A stretch of DNA of 61,729 nucleotides, filler included, from 3 parts of 3 records of this genome joined end to end with filler, not necessarily neighbours in it, one strand, 5' to 3'. Positions 28,378 to 37,122 are shown, counted from the whole stretch's first letter. Program-made: numbers and translations. Notes: generated from the sequence alone by a model not told the origin.

Positions 28378-30675
28378 TTAAAATACATGCTCTGTTCTAT
28401 TGATAATATCATTTTGTATCTCTTTACTCAGCTCAGTAAAGAATGCACTGTATCCAGCTACTCTTACTACTAATCCACTGTGCTTTTCAGGTGCTTTTTG
28501 AGCTTCGATTAATGTCGAAGCATCTAGGATGTTGAACTGAATATGCTGTAATTTTAGTCTCATAAATGCTGTGATGTAATCAGCCAATTTGTTAAGTCCA
28601 TTATCACCTTTTAGCGTTCCCGGGCTGAATTTTACATTTAATAAACTTCCGTTAGATAATAAGAAATTATCTAGTTTAGATACACTTTTTAATACTGCTG
28701 TTGGTCCCAGTTTATCTTTTCCAACCATTGGCGAAAGTCCACCATCAGCTAACTGCTCTCCTGCTTTTCTTCCATCAGGTGTTGCTCCTACTACTTCACC
28801 TAATGGTACATGTGCTGATACTGTATATGAACCAGGTACAAATGTTCCACCTCTGGGTGTTTCATACTGCTCAACCTGTTTACAGTAGTGTCTCAGGATA
28901 TCAGAACTGATTAGATCAACTTCGTTATTATCATTTCCATATTTCTCATATTTATTGATTAATTTAAGTCTGAATTTTTCTCCCTCTTCATCAGCATAAT
29001 CACTTTCCAGTATCTCTATTAATTCTTTGAAGCTGTATTTTTTCTCTTCGAAAATCAGTTTCTTAAGTGCGAATAGTGAATCACTTAGATTAGCTATTCC
29101 GATTCCCTGTACTCCTGAAAAGTTATATTTAGCTCCTCCGTCAGTGATATCTTTTCCTTTACTTAAACATCCATCGATGAAAGTTGACATTAAAGGAACA
29201 GCTGCATACTCTTTATGCCCAAGGTCCACGATGTTACTACCTCGTACCATAATCTCTACATATTTATCTATATCACTCTTAATCTCGTTAATTATTTGTT
29301 CATATGTAACATCTTCATAATCTTTATTTCTTTTGAGAACTAATTCCATAATTTTTAATAAATTAAACATTGCTATATCATGTAGACCGTAAGTTTTTCC
29401 CGGAATAGATAGTTCTACACATCCAACTACCGAATAATCTCTTGAGTCATCTAATGTTACCCCTCTGTTTAGGAAACTAGGAACAATTGATTCATCATTA
29501 AAGATTTGTGGAATACCTGTACCAAGTCTGATTGTTTCAGCTGTTTTAAGTAAGAAATCTCTATCGATGAATTCATTTACTCTTACACCTATGTTTGGCT
29601 GAGGTAGCTGAATATCGTGATAAGCATCAAGACATAGGAATGATAAATCCGTAATATCTGATTGTCCGTTAGCTTTTGCACCACCTAAAAGCATTGTGTA
29701 ACCTGTAGGGAAACCGGCAAAATATTTTGCACTGTTTCTACTTCTTATTAAAACTACGTCGTTAGTTTTAACATAAAATGCTTCGAGAATTTGTTTTAAT
29801 TCATCTTTTGAAACTCCCTTTTCTAAATCCTTAGAATAAAAAGGATACATATATTTATCAAATCTTCCCAGAGAAAGTGAACTTGCATTTGACTCGTACT
29901 GTAAAACAATTGACACATACCATACTAATTGACAAGCTTCGAAGAAACTAGTTGGTTTCTGAGTTACCAGTTTCTTTGATGTGAATGCGATTCTATGCAG
30001 CTCCTCTCTTCTGGTTAGATTTTCTTCTTTTTCTGCCATTTCTGCGGCTAATCTACCATATCTCAAGATATGATTTTGTGATGCTTCAAGAGTTATCAGG
30101 CTGGCTTGATAAAATTCATTATCAGGTTTTAACTTAGCTAATGCTTTTACCTCTCTTAGGATTTCTCCCAGTCCTTTTTCGAGAACTATTTCAAAATCAG
30201 GTATAATGTGTCCCTGTCCTTTATCAGTCTGATTAAGTTTTACGATCTTTAGATCAACAGGGACTTTTATATCAGGTGTGATTTGTGAGTTAATTAAATC
30301 TTTCAGTGATTTACCTTTCCAGTATGGCACAAGTTCCTCTTTATAGATTTTCTTGTCTTCTTCACTGAAATGGAACTTATCTTGTGGTCTTTCTTCCATT
30401 TGATCGATCTCATTTAGTATCCAGTAAGGATCCATTTCCGGAGATACGATTCCGCTTCTGGGTTCTATTGTTCTGTTACCTGCGATGATCTCTTCTCTTC
30501 TTATTGAGATTTCAACTTTATCTAGTATATTCGCTGTTGCTTTTGCTCTTCTGATTATTTCCGGTTCCCCTGCTGTCTCTTTGTGACTCTCTGTATAAAG
30601 TAGAGCCCTTTCGATAGATACGTTTCTTTTTTCTGCAAAAAGATCCGATTTTAGAGTTTCGATTTTCTTATTCAA
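28378..30675 (-). CDS. pflD: Glycyl radical enzyme, PflD-like
   Basis: 765 aa, NQTDKGQGH, FAGFPTGY, VGCVE, RVAGYSAFF; Frw-PTS and activase context as in E. coli frwCB-pflDC; TTG start with SD AAGGAG. Confidence 0.88.
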   Translation of the reverse strand: MNKKIETLKSDLFAEKRNVSIERALLYTESHKETAGEPEIIRRAKATANILDKVEISIRREEIIAGNRTIEPRSGIVSPEMDPYWILNEIDQMEERPQDKFHFSEEDKKIYKEELVPYWKGKSLKDLINSQITPDIKVPVDLKIVKLNQTDKGQGHIIPDFEIVLEKGLGEILREVKALAKLKPDNEFYQASLITLEASQNHILRYGRLAAEMAEKEENLTRREELHRIAFTSKKLVTQKPTSFFEACQLVWYVSIVLQYESNASSLSLGRFDKYMYPFYSKDLEKGVSKDELKQILEAFYVKTNDVVLIRSRNSAKYFAGFPTGYTMLLGGAKANGQSDITDLSFLCLDAYHDIQLPQPNIGVRVNEFIDRDFLLKTAETIRLGTGIPQIFNDESIVPSFLNRGVTLDDSRDYSVVGCVELSIPGKTYGLHDIAMFNLLKIMELVLKRNKDYEDVTYEQIINEIKSDIDKYVEIMVRGSNIVDLGHKEYAAVPLMSTFIDGCLSKGKDITDGGAKYNFSGVQGIGIANLSDSLFALKKLIFEEKKYSFKELIEILESDYADEEGEKFRLKLINKYEKYGNDNNEVDLISSDILRHYCKQVEQYETPRGGTFVPGSYTVSAHVPLGEVVGATPDGRKAGEQLADGGLSPMVGKDKLGPTAVLKSVSKLDNFLLSNGSLLNVKFSPGTLKGDNGLNKLADYITAFMRLKLQHIQFNILDASTLIEAQKAPEKHSGLVVRVAGYSAFFTELSKEIQNDIINRTEHVF

Positions 30676-30732
30676 ATTTGATCAACTCCTTAAATTGTTT
30701 AGAAAAATAATAGCTTCTTTTTTATTTAATAA

Positions 30733-30786
30733 ATTATACTCTTTGTCTTATTGTTTTGTCAAGTTCTTTATTGTTTTTTATTGTTT
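30733..30786 (-). promoter_or_regulatory. Sigma70 promoter of pflD with AAACAATAA direct repeats
   Basis: TTGACA-18-TATAAT; repeats at 30748, 30768 and 30778. Confidence 0.75.
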
Positions 30787-30888
30787 TATTTTTTTTTTGA
30801 AAGTTTTCCTTATATTTCTTTAGAAATTCAGCTATAATAGAATATAAACGATTATTGTAGAGAATTATATAATTAAGGAGTGAAAACA

Positions 30889-31650
30889 ATGTTTGCAGAA
30901 GAACGACTTGAAAAAATCCTTGAATTAATTAGAGAAAACGGAAAAATAAAAGTAACACAACTAAGTACTCTTTTTAATGTTTCAAAAGATCTAATAAGAA
31001 AAGACCTGAACAAACTGGAAGAAAGCGGACAAATAACTAGAACATATGGTGGAGCAATTCTAAAAAGAGGTGCAGCGCCAAATATAGCTATCCCGCAAAG
31101 GTTAACTAAAAACTCAGAAATAAAGAATAAAATTGCTCAGAAAGCCTATTCTCTTATACAGGAGAAAGAGACTATATTTCTTGATCTGTCTTCCATAAAC
31201 ATTTTATTAGCTAATCAAATAGCTAATGGAAACAAAAGAATAACTGTAGTAACCAATATGCTGGATATCATGATGGCTCTGTCAAAAGCTCCTCATGTAA
31301 AAGTAATTGGTATCGGTGGAATACTTAATCAAGAATTAGATGGTTTTATTGGTAGCGAAACTGTGAGTTATCTGAAAAAATATAGAGTTGAAAGAAGTTT
31401 TATCGGAACTACAGGTATTGATATAGTAAATAACTATATTACAACTTTTGAACCTGATGACGGCCAAACTAAGAAAGCAATTTTAAATTGTTCAAAAGTA
31501 AAATATCTGGTAATGGAGAATAAAAAATTCTATCAGGATGGAAACTATATTTTCTCTGACCTTGATCAAATAGACGGTATAGTTACAGAAACAACTCCTT
31601 CTCAGGAAACAATAGACTTATTAAAAGAAAAACACATAAAAGTATTTTAA
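30889..31650 (+). CDS. DeoR/GlpR family transcriptional regulator
   Basis: EERLEKILE, VSKDLIRKDL..LE, RTYGGA, IFLD.SS, VVTN; ATG after SD AAGGAG. Confidence 0.93.
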   Translation: MFAEERLEKILELIRENGKIKVTQLSTLFNVSKDLIRKDLNKLEESGQITRTYGGAILKRGAAPNIAIPQRLTKNSEIKNKIAQKAYSLIQEKETIFLDLSSINILLANQIANGNKRITVVTNMLDIMMALSKAPHVKVIGIGGILNQELDGFIGSETVSYLKKYRVERSFIGTTGIDIVNNYITTFEPDDGQTKKAILNCSKVKYLVMENKKFYQDGNYIFSDLDQIDGIVTETTPSQETIDLLKEKHIKVF

Positions 31651-31654
31651 AGAA

Positions 31655-31684
31655 AAGGCTGACTAAGAAAATTTAGTCAGCCTT
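31655..31684. terminator. Terminator between convergent deoR and EIIB genes
   Basis: aaggctgactaa…ttagtcagcctt. Confidence 0.75.
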
Positions 31685-31776
31685 CTGTTGTTTGTATATG
31701 AGTTTTAGGAAGTTGTCATTCCTAGTTATAGTTCACTAAAATTTTTTTCTTATTTTCAATAATTCTGGAAAATATA

Positions 31777-32088
31777 TTATTTACCTAAATGCTGCTCTAA
31801 TTTTTCAATTAATTGTGGTGCTTTCTTAACTGCGTCACTGATTCCAACTTTTACAACTTTGATTCCAGAGAATCTTTCAGTGTTTTTAATTGCGATATCT
31901 TTTGTTAAAATAACAAAATCTGCACCTTGGATATCATTTGCACCAATCTCATTTTCTGTTCCAATTGAACCTTGAGTTTCTACTTTTACTTCATGTCCTT
32001 TTGCTTTTGCTGCTCTTTCTATAGCCTCTGCTGCCATGTATGTGTGAGCTACCCCTGATGGGCAAGCTGTAACTGCTAATATTTTCAT
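31777..32088 (-). CDS. frwB: PTS fructose-like EIIB component (FrwB-like)
   Basis: AVTACPSGVAHTYMAAE, KVETQG. Confidence 0.9.
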   Translation of the reverse strand: MKILAVTACPSGVAHTYMAAEAIERAAKAKGHEVKVETQGSIGTENEIGANDIQGADFVILTKDIAIKNTERFSGIKVVKVGISDAVKKAPQLIEKLEQHLGK

Positions 32089-32142
32089 TTTAAAAACCTC
32101 CGTTATTTTATTTTCCCCTCTTTAAATTTTTAAGATTCTTTA

Positions 32143-32180
32143 TTCCTCCCCTTTACTAAGGGGGAGGTTAGGAGGGGGTT
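32143..32180. repeat. CCCCTCC-type REP-like element
   Basis: Minus strand aaccccctcctaacctccccctt-agta-aaggggaggaa. Confidence 0.6.
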
Positions 32181-32325
32181 GTTTCTAAATTATTTATTAT
32201 TAGCCCGGCCATAAAGACCGGGATAAATATAAGACCCTATAGAAAATCCATTGGAAGAATTGGAGTTCTTTTTTTTTAGGAGTTATTAGGGTTTATAAAC
32301 TTATTTGTTCATTCATTGCAATTGA

Positions 32326-32889
32326 TTATTTCTTTAAAAAATCTTTTAAACATTCTACTAAAAATGCGTGATCCTGGTCATGTGGTAATCCTGAAACTGT
32401 AATAGTTCCGATACAACCGATACCTCTTACTTTTAAAGGAAAAGCACCACCTAAATGACACGCTTCTTCATAATTAAATCCAAACATTTCCTGATAAGTC
32501 ATATTGAAACTTTCTTTCCAATTATACAGCTTATCTTCATACCAAACTTTTAATGAACTCTTGTATGTTCTATTTGTTATTTCGTTTTTTCTTTTTACCC
32601 AGTAATCATTATCTACAGCTGTTCCCGGTAGTGCAGCGTGAAATAACTGTTGATTATTTCTACTGATATCTACTGTTACTGCTTTATTCTGTTTTTTGGC
32701 TTTGTTAACCATAAATATACCAAGTTCAATAGCCGTATTATTATCAAAGTTACTGAAAATAAGAGTTTCTTCCTGGGAGTTGATCTCTTTAATTAACTCA
32801 TTATAATTTGGCTCGTTTGATGAAGCGAAAGATAAACTAAATAAACAAATAAATAGAACTAAATAAGTACCTAAAGTTTGTATTTTCAT
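32326..32889 (-). CDS. UPF0303/GlcG-HbpS (heme-degrading-like) protein with signal peptide
   Basis: FDN..A.ELG, PGT.DN..WV.RK, GGAFPL, ITVSGLPH..DH; ATG at 32889 with SD AGGAG. Confidence 0.8.
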   Translation of the reverse strand: MKIQTLGTYLVLFICLFSLSFASSNEPNYNELIKEINSQEETLIFSNFDNNTAIELGIFMVNKAKKQNKAVTVDISRNNQQLFHAALPGTAVDNDYWVKRKNEITNRTYKSSLKVWYEDKLYNWKESFNMTYQEMFGFNYEEACHLGGAFPLKVRGIGCIGTITVSGLPHDQDHAFLVECLKDFLKK

Positions 32890-33123
32890 AAATATTCTCC
32901 TTTGTTTGCATTTTGAAATAATTTGATAAATAAAAAAGGTTTTCCAATAATCAAAATTAAGTCTCCGGTAAAATACAAACATACAACTCTATTTGTGCGA
33001 AATTTATAAGAAACCAGCCTATAGCGTGATAAATAAATATATTAGACTTAGGTTGTATAGTATAGGTTAGGGTGCTATAAACTGGTTTTTAGTAAGTTAA
33101 TAATTAATTCTTGATACTTCTTT

Positions 33124-34194
33124 TTATTCGAATTCTAATTCAATATCACCAGATAATTCTGAGTTTGAATCCTCTTCTTTTGCAACTGTTGGTTTTTTAA
33201 CGATAGCTAATAAGATAGCGGATGTAAATGAACCAACTAATAAAGCTATTAAGAATCCAAATTTATTTACATTAACTACTGGTAATACAATAAGTCCAGC
33301 CCATGCAACCATTGATTGTACACCTAATAAAGCTGCTGTAATTCCTCCTGCAACTGATCCTGCCATTAGACAAGGAATAACTTTTAAAGGATTTTCTGCC
33401 GCGAATGGAATTGCACCCTCAGTGATACCAACACATCCCATAAGTACTGCTGCAAGACCTGCTTCTCTCTCTTCGTTAGAGTATTTTTTTCTAGCGATGA
33501 AAGTAGCTAATCCAGCACCGATAGCCGGTGTAGCAACTGCAACTGATGAGATACCAGCTACATTATAGATTCCTTCAGATACTGCCATAATAACAAATGC
33601 ATATGCAACTTTGTTAACCGGACCACCCATATCAAATGCGATCATACATCCCATGATAGTTGCTAATAAGATGATGTTTGCACCTCTCATACTTTCAAGG
33701 AAATTAGTAAGCCCTGTAGTTAATGCTGCAATTGGAGCTCCGATAACCCATTGTAAAAGTCCTGCTACAACAAATGTTCCAACGATTGGAATAACGAAAA
33801 TAGGCATAACTGATCTAAATACTTTTGGAACCTTTAATTTCTTTAAATAGAATACTACGATTCCACCCAATAATCCCGCGATTAAACCACCTAGGAAACC
33901 AGTTCCCATATTTGTACCAACCAATGCACCGATTGCTGCCGGAGCAAGTCCCGCTCTACCTGCAATTGAGTAAGAGATATAAGCTGCTAAGATAGGCACC
34001 ATTAATTCAAAACCTCTAACACCGATGAAAAACAGATCTCTGTAAACTCCCTCATCAGGAACTCCTGCTTTTCCAGTTAATACTACTGATAAAGCTAGTA
34101 GAATACCACCTGCTACAACGAATGGAATCATGTGTGATACACCAGTCATAAGATGTTTCCTAGTGTCCTTCAAAATAATAACTAAATCATTCAT
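33124..34194 (-). CDS. frwC: PTS fructose-like EIIC component (FrwC-like)
   Basis: HLMTGVSHMIPFVVAGG, FDMGGPVNK, GITEGAIPFA. Confidence 0.9.
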   Translation of the reverse strand: MNDLVIILKDTRKHLMTGVSHMIPFVVAGGILLALSVVLTGKAGVPDEGVYRDLFFIGVRGFELMVPILAAYISYSIAGRAGLAPAAIGALVGTNMGTGFLGGLIAGLLGGIVVFYLKKLKVPKVFRSVMPIFVIPIVGTFVVAGLLQWVIGAPIAALTTGLTNFLESMRGANIILLATIMGCMIAFDMGGPVNKVAYAFVIMAVSEGIYNVAGISSVAVATPAIGAGLATFIARKKYSNEEREAGLAAVLMGCVGITEGAIPFAAENPLKVIPCLMAGSVAGGITAALLGVQSMVAWAGLIVLPVVNVNKFGFLIALLVGSFTSAILLAIVKKPTVAKEEDSNSELSGDIELEFE

Positions 34195-34211
34195 TTAAAT
34201 AAAACCTCCTG

Positions 34212-34341
34212 TATTGTTTTTTTAAGTTGCAGAGTTTTATTGCAACTTTGATTAAAAAAATAATAAACTTGATTTGCCTATATTGTTTTTCAAAGTTGCA
34301 GTGATTTTTTGCAACTTCGATTTGAAAAATAATAAACTTGA
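34212..34341 (-). repeat. Tandem 69-bp-period duplication of the bulged stem-loop (copies C1 and C2)
   Basis: Units 34212-34272 and 34281-34341, each aagttgca-N9-tgcaactt with a compensated lower stem. Confidence 0.85.
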
Positions 34342-34416
34342 ATTTATCCTGTCCAATATTAATTGACTTTTAGTTTTCTTAAGCTGCTAAGATGCTTAAT
34401 ATTCTATTCTGTATAA

Positions 34417-34911
34417 TTAAGCTGCTAAGATATTTAATACTTCTTCTTTTGTTTCAGCATTTTCAAGAGCTTCCCTGAATTCATCACTTAAGATTGATCT
34501 TGAAAGTTTTGTTAAGATTTCAATGTGTTCATTTTTTCCTTCTTCTTCTGATACAGCAATTGCGAAGATATATTTTACTTCTTCTTTCTCTTCTTCGTTC
34601 CATAGAATAGGAGTTTTGAATCTAATAAATGCTAATGCGGCATTGTTTACAGAAGCACTTTTACCATGAGGAATACCAAATAGGAATCCTACAGATGTTG
34701 GGAACATCTCTTCTCTTGCTACTAATGAAGCATAGTACACATCTTTTGCACAATGTTCACAGCCTTTACATTCAGCCAAGTTAAGTAATTTCATGTCACA
34801 GTTAAGTTTTCCTTCTGCATGAATTAATTTTGATACTTGCTTTAGGACATCGCTTTTGTCTTTTGCGTCCATATCCATTACAACCAGATTTTCATTGATT
34901 AAATTGTTCAT
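34417..34911 (-). CDS. PTS EIIA (fructose/Ntr family) with Cys-rich insertion
   Basis: REEMFPTSVG, GIPHGK phospho-His, HIEILTKLSR; ATG at 34911 with SD GAGGTGG. Confidence 0.9.
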   Translation of the reverse strand: MNNLINENLVVMDMDAKDKSDVLKQVSKLIHAEGKLNCDMKLLNLAECKGCEHCAKDVYYASLVAREEMFPTSVGFLFGIPHGKSASVNNAALAFIRFKTPILWNEEEKEEVKYIFAIAVSEEEGKNEHIEILTKLSRSILSDEFREALENAETKEEVLNILAA

Positions 34912-34968
34912 TTTTAAACCACCTCGTACTTTTATTAAAATTTTTGTTTCGAATATTTCAGTAATAAA

Positions 34969-35041
34969 GTTATACCACTTTGTTATTGTTTCGTCAAGTT
35001 TTTTATTGTTTTTTATTTTTAAAATTTGTTTCGTATTGTTT
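34969..35041 (-). promoter_or_regulatory. Sigma70 promoter of the PTS operon with AAACAATAA repeats
   Basis: TTGACG-17-TATAAC with extended TG; repeats at 34983 and 35003, variant at 35033. Confidence 0.75.
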
Positions 35042-35127
35042 GAGCTGGTCAAGGAATCTTATTAAAAGTCAATAAAAACAAAGTTTTATAGAGTTTATGC
35101 TATAAATAAAAAAACAAATAAGAAACA

Positions 35128-35163
35128 ATAAAAAACAGGAAAGCTAATTTTAGCTTTCCTGTT
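35128..35163 (-). terminator. Terminator of the ABC operon
   Basis: aacaggaaagcta…tagctttcctgtt with a U-tract on the minus strand. Confidence 0.75.
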
Positions 35164-35271
35164 CTCAAAATTTGATATTTTCTTTTTTGATGCTATGGAG
35201 GAATATAAACTTGATAGATTTTAAAAGCTCAGATTTACTTATATTTTTTTGTAATCTGAAAGCTTTTTTTA

Positions 35272-37122
35272 TTATAGCTTGATTTTTTTCTTAAATTGAC
35301 TGTTATAAAGATTGAAATAAAATCCATTTTCTTTTAATAGTTTATGATGATCACCGGTTTCTATGATTTCTCCATCTTTTATAACTAATATATTATCAGC
35401 ATCACGAATTGTGCTTAATCTGTGTGCGATAATAAAGCTGGTTTTTCTTTCCATCAATTTAAGCAGTGCTTCCTGTATATGAATTTCAGTTCTTGTATCA
35501 ACATTACTTGTAGCTTCATCTAATATCAATATATCGTGATCAGCTAAAATAGCTCTTGCTATTGATAATAACTGTCTCTGTCCCTGACTCAGATTATTTC
35601 CCTCTTCTGACAGAACAGTGTCATAACCATGAGGAAGTTTCTCAATGAAATGATGTGCATTAGCTAGTTTTGCTACCCTTTCGATCTCTTCATCACTTGC
35701 AGAGAGTTTACCGAATCTTATGTTTTCTCTCACAGTATCTGAGAATAGATAAGTATCTTGTAGAACTATCCCCAATCTTTTACGCAGACTTCTTTTAGTC
35801 ATGTTGTTAATATTTATTCCGTCAAGTTTTATAGCTCCACTATCGATTTCATAAAATCTGCTAAGTAGATTAATAATAGTGGTTTTACCTGCGCCTGTTG
35901 GTCCGACTAATGCAATACTTTGTCCGGGTTTAGCTTCAAAATTTATATTTTTGAGTATTGGTTCTCCCTCTACATAACTGAAATTAACATCCTCAAATTT
36001 TACAAATCCATCCAGAGATTTGATATCTTCTCTATTTTGTTCTTCGCAGAACTCTGATTTCTGATCCATAATATCAAAGACTCTCTCAGCTCCGGCTATA
36101 GCACTTTGTATAGAGTTATACAGATGAGCTAACTGGTTTATCGGTCTTCCAAACTGTCTGGAATAATTGATAAATGCTGCGATTGTTCCAATTGTTGCGA
36201 TCCCTAATACACTAAACCATGCACCAAATGAGACTATGATAGTAAATCGTAGGTTATTGGTAAAGTTCATAGTTGGTCCCATTAAACCTGAGAAAATTTG
36301 AGCTTTTATCGCTGTTTCTTTTAAGTTATTATTTTTCTCCATGAACTCAGTTAAGACTTCTTTTTCTCTTACATAGGTTTTTATTACTTTCTGTCCACTT
36401 ACTTTTTCCTCAATGATACTGTTTAATTCACCCAGATTTTTTTGCTGCTCTCTGAAGTGTTTACCTGTGAATTTAACTATATTTTTTACTATGAATAAAA
36501 CAATAGGAATAGTAAGGATAGCAATACATGCTAATTGCCAATTTACTATAAACATTAAAACAGCTGATCCGCTGACAGTTAAACTACTGGAGATAAATTG
36601 TGTAATACTTTGATTCAGAGTATTACTGATATTATCAATATCATTAGTTAAACGACTCATCAGATCCCCTCTGTTTTTACTATCTAAATATGAGAGAGGC
36701 AGTGTTTGAATCTTCTCAAATAGTTCTTTACGAATAAGAGCAACAGTTCTCTGAGAGATTCCGATCATTATATATGATTGAAACCATGTGGCAGCAGCTC
36801 CTATTAAATAGATAATTAAAAGAAGAGCAGAACTACTCTTTAATCCCTCCATATCTCCTTGAGTAATAAATTTATCTATACTTTTAGCTATGAAATATGG
36901 TGCTGATAAACTGGAAGCTATAGTTATAACAACTAATGCAAGAGTTAAAAACAGACTCTCTTTTTCTCTAGCCAGGTATTTCCATATTCTGATTAATGTG
37001 GCTTTAGTATCCTTTATCTCAACTTTTTCCTGTAAAAATCTACCTGGGCCTCCCATTCTACGCCCATGTCCCATTGGCATCATGCCGGGTTTATTAGCTT
37101 TGGCAGTATTATTCTGAGACAT
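35272..37122 (-). CDS. Heterodimeric ABC exporter subunit (TM288-like)
   Basis: TMD+NBD, GPTGAGKTT, LSQGQRQ, ILDEATS, IAHR; ATG at 37122 after GGAGGTG. Confidence 0.93.
   Translation of the reverse strand: MSQNNTAKANKPGMMPMGHGRRMGGPGRFLQEKVEIKDTKATLIRIWKYLAREKESLFLTLALVVITIASSLSAPYFIAKSIDKFITQGDMEGLKSSSALLLIIYLIGAAATWFQSYIMIGISQRTVALIRKELFEKIQTLPLSYLDSKNRGDLMSRLTNDIDNISNTLNQSITQFISSSLTVSGSAVLMFIVNWQLACIAILTIPIVLFIVKNIVKFTGKHFREQQKNLGELNSIIEEKVSGQKVIKTYVREKEVLTEFMEKNNNLKETAIKAQIFSGLMGPTMNFTNNLRFTIIVSFGAWFSVLGIATIGTIAAFINYSRQFGRPINQLAHLYNSIQSAIAGAERVFDIMDQKSEFCEEQNREDIKSLDGFVKFEDVNFSYVEGEPILKNINFEAKPGQSIALVGPTGAGKTTIINLLSRFYEIDSGAIKLDGININNMTKRSLRKRLGIVLQDTYLFSDTVRENIRFGKLSASDEEIERVAKLANAHHFIEKLPHGYDTVLSEEGNNLSQGQRQLLSIARAILADHDILILDEATSNVDTRTEIHIQEALLKLMERKTSFIIAHRLSTIRDADNILVIKDGEIIETGDHHKLLKENGFYFNLYNSQFKKKIKL

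Noticed and set aside
28378-30675. Classical pyruvate formate-lyase (pflB)
   Set aside because: Single active-site Cys (GCVE) rather than the CC pair, and Frw-PTS context
34212-34341. Mini CRISPR array
   Set aside because: Only two ~61-bp units separated by 8 bp, no spacers and no cas genes
34912-35052. 47-aa N-terminal extension of EIIA in the ORF track (similar extensions at 32890-32982 and 20100-20144)
   Set aside because: Overlaps promoter or leader DNA; a better ATG with SD or signal peptide lies downstream
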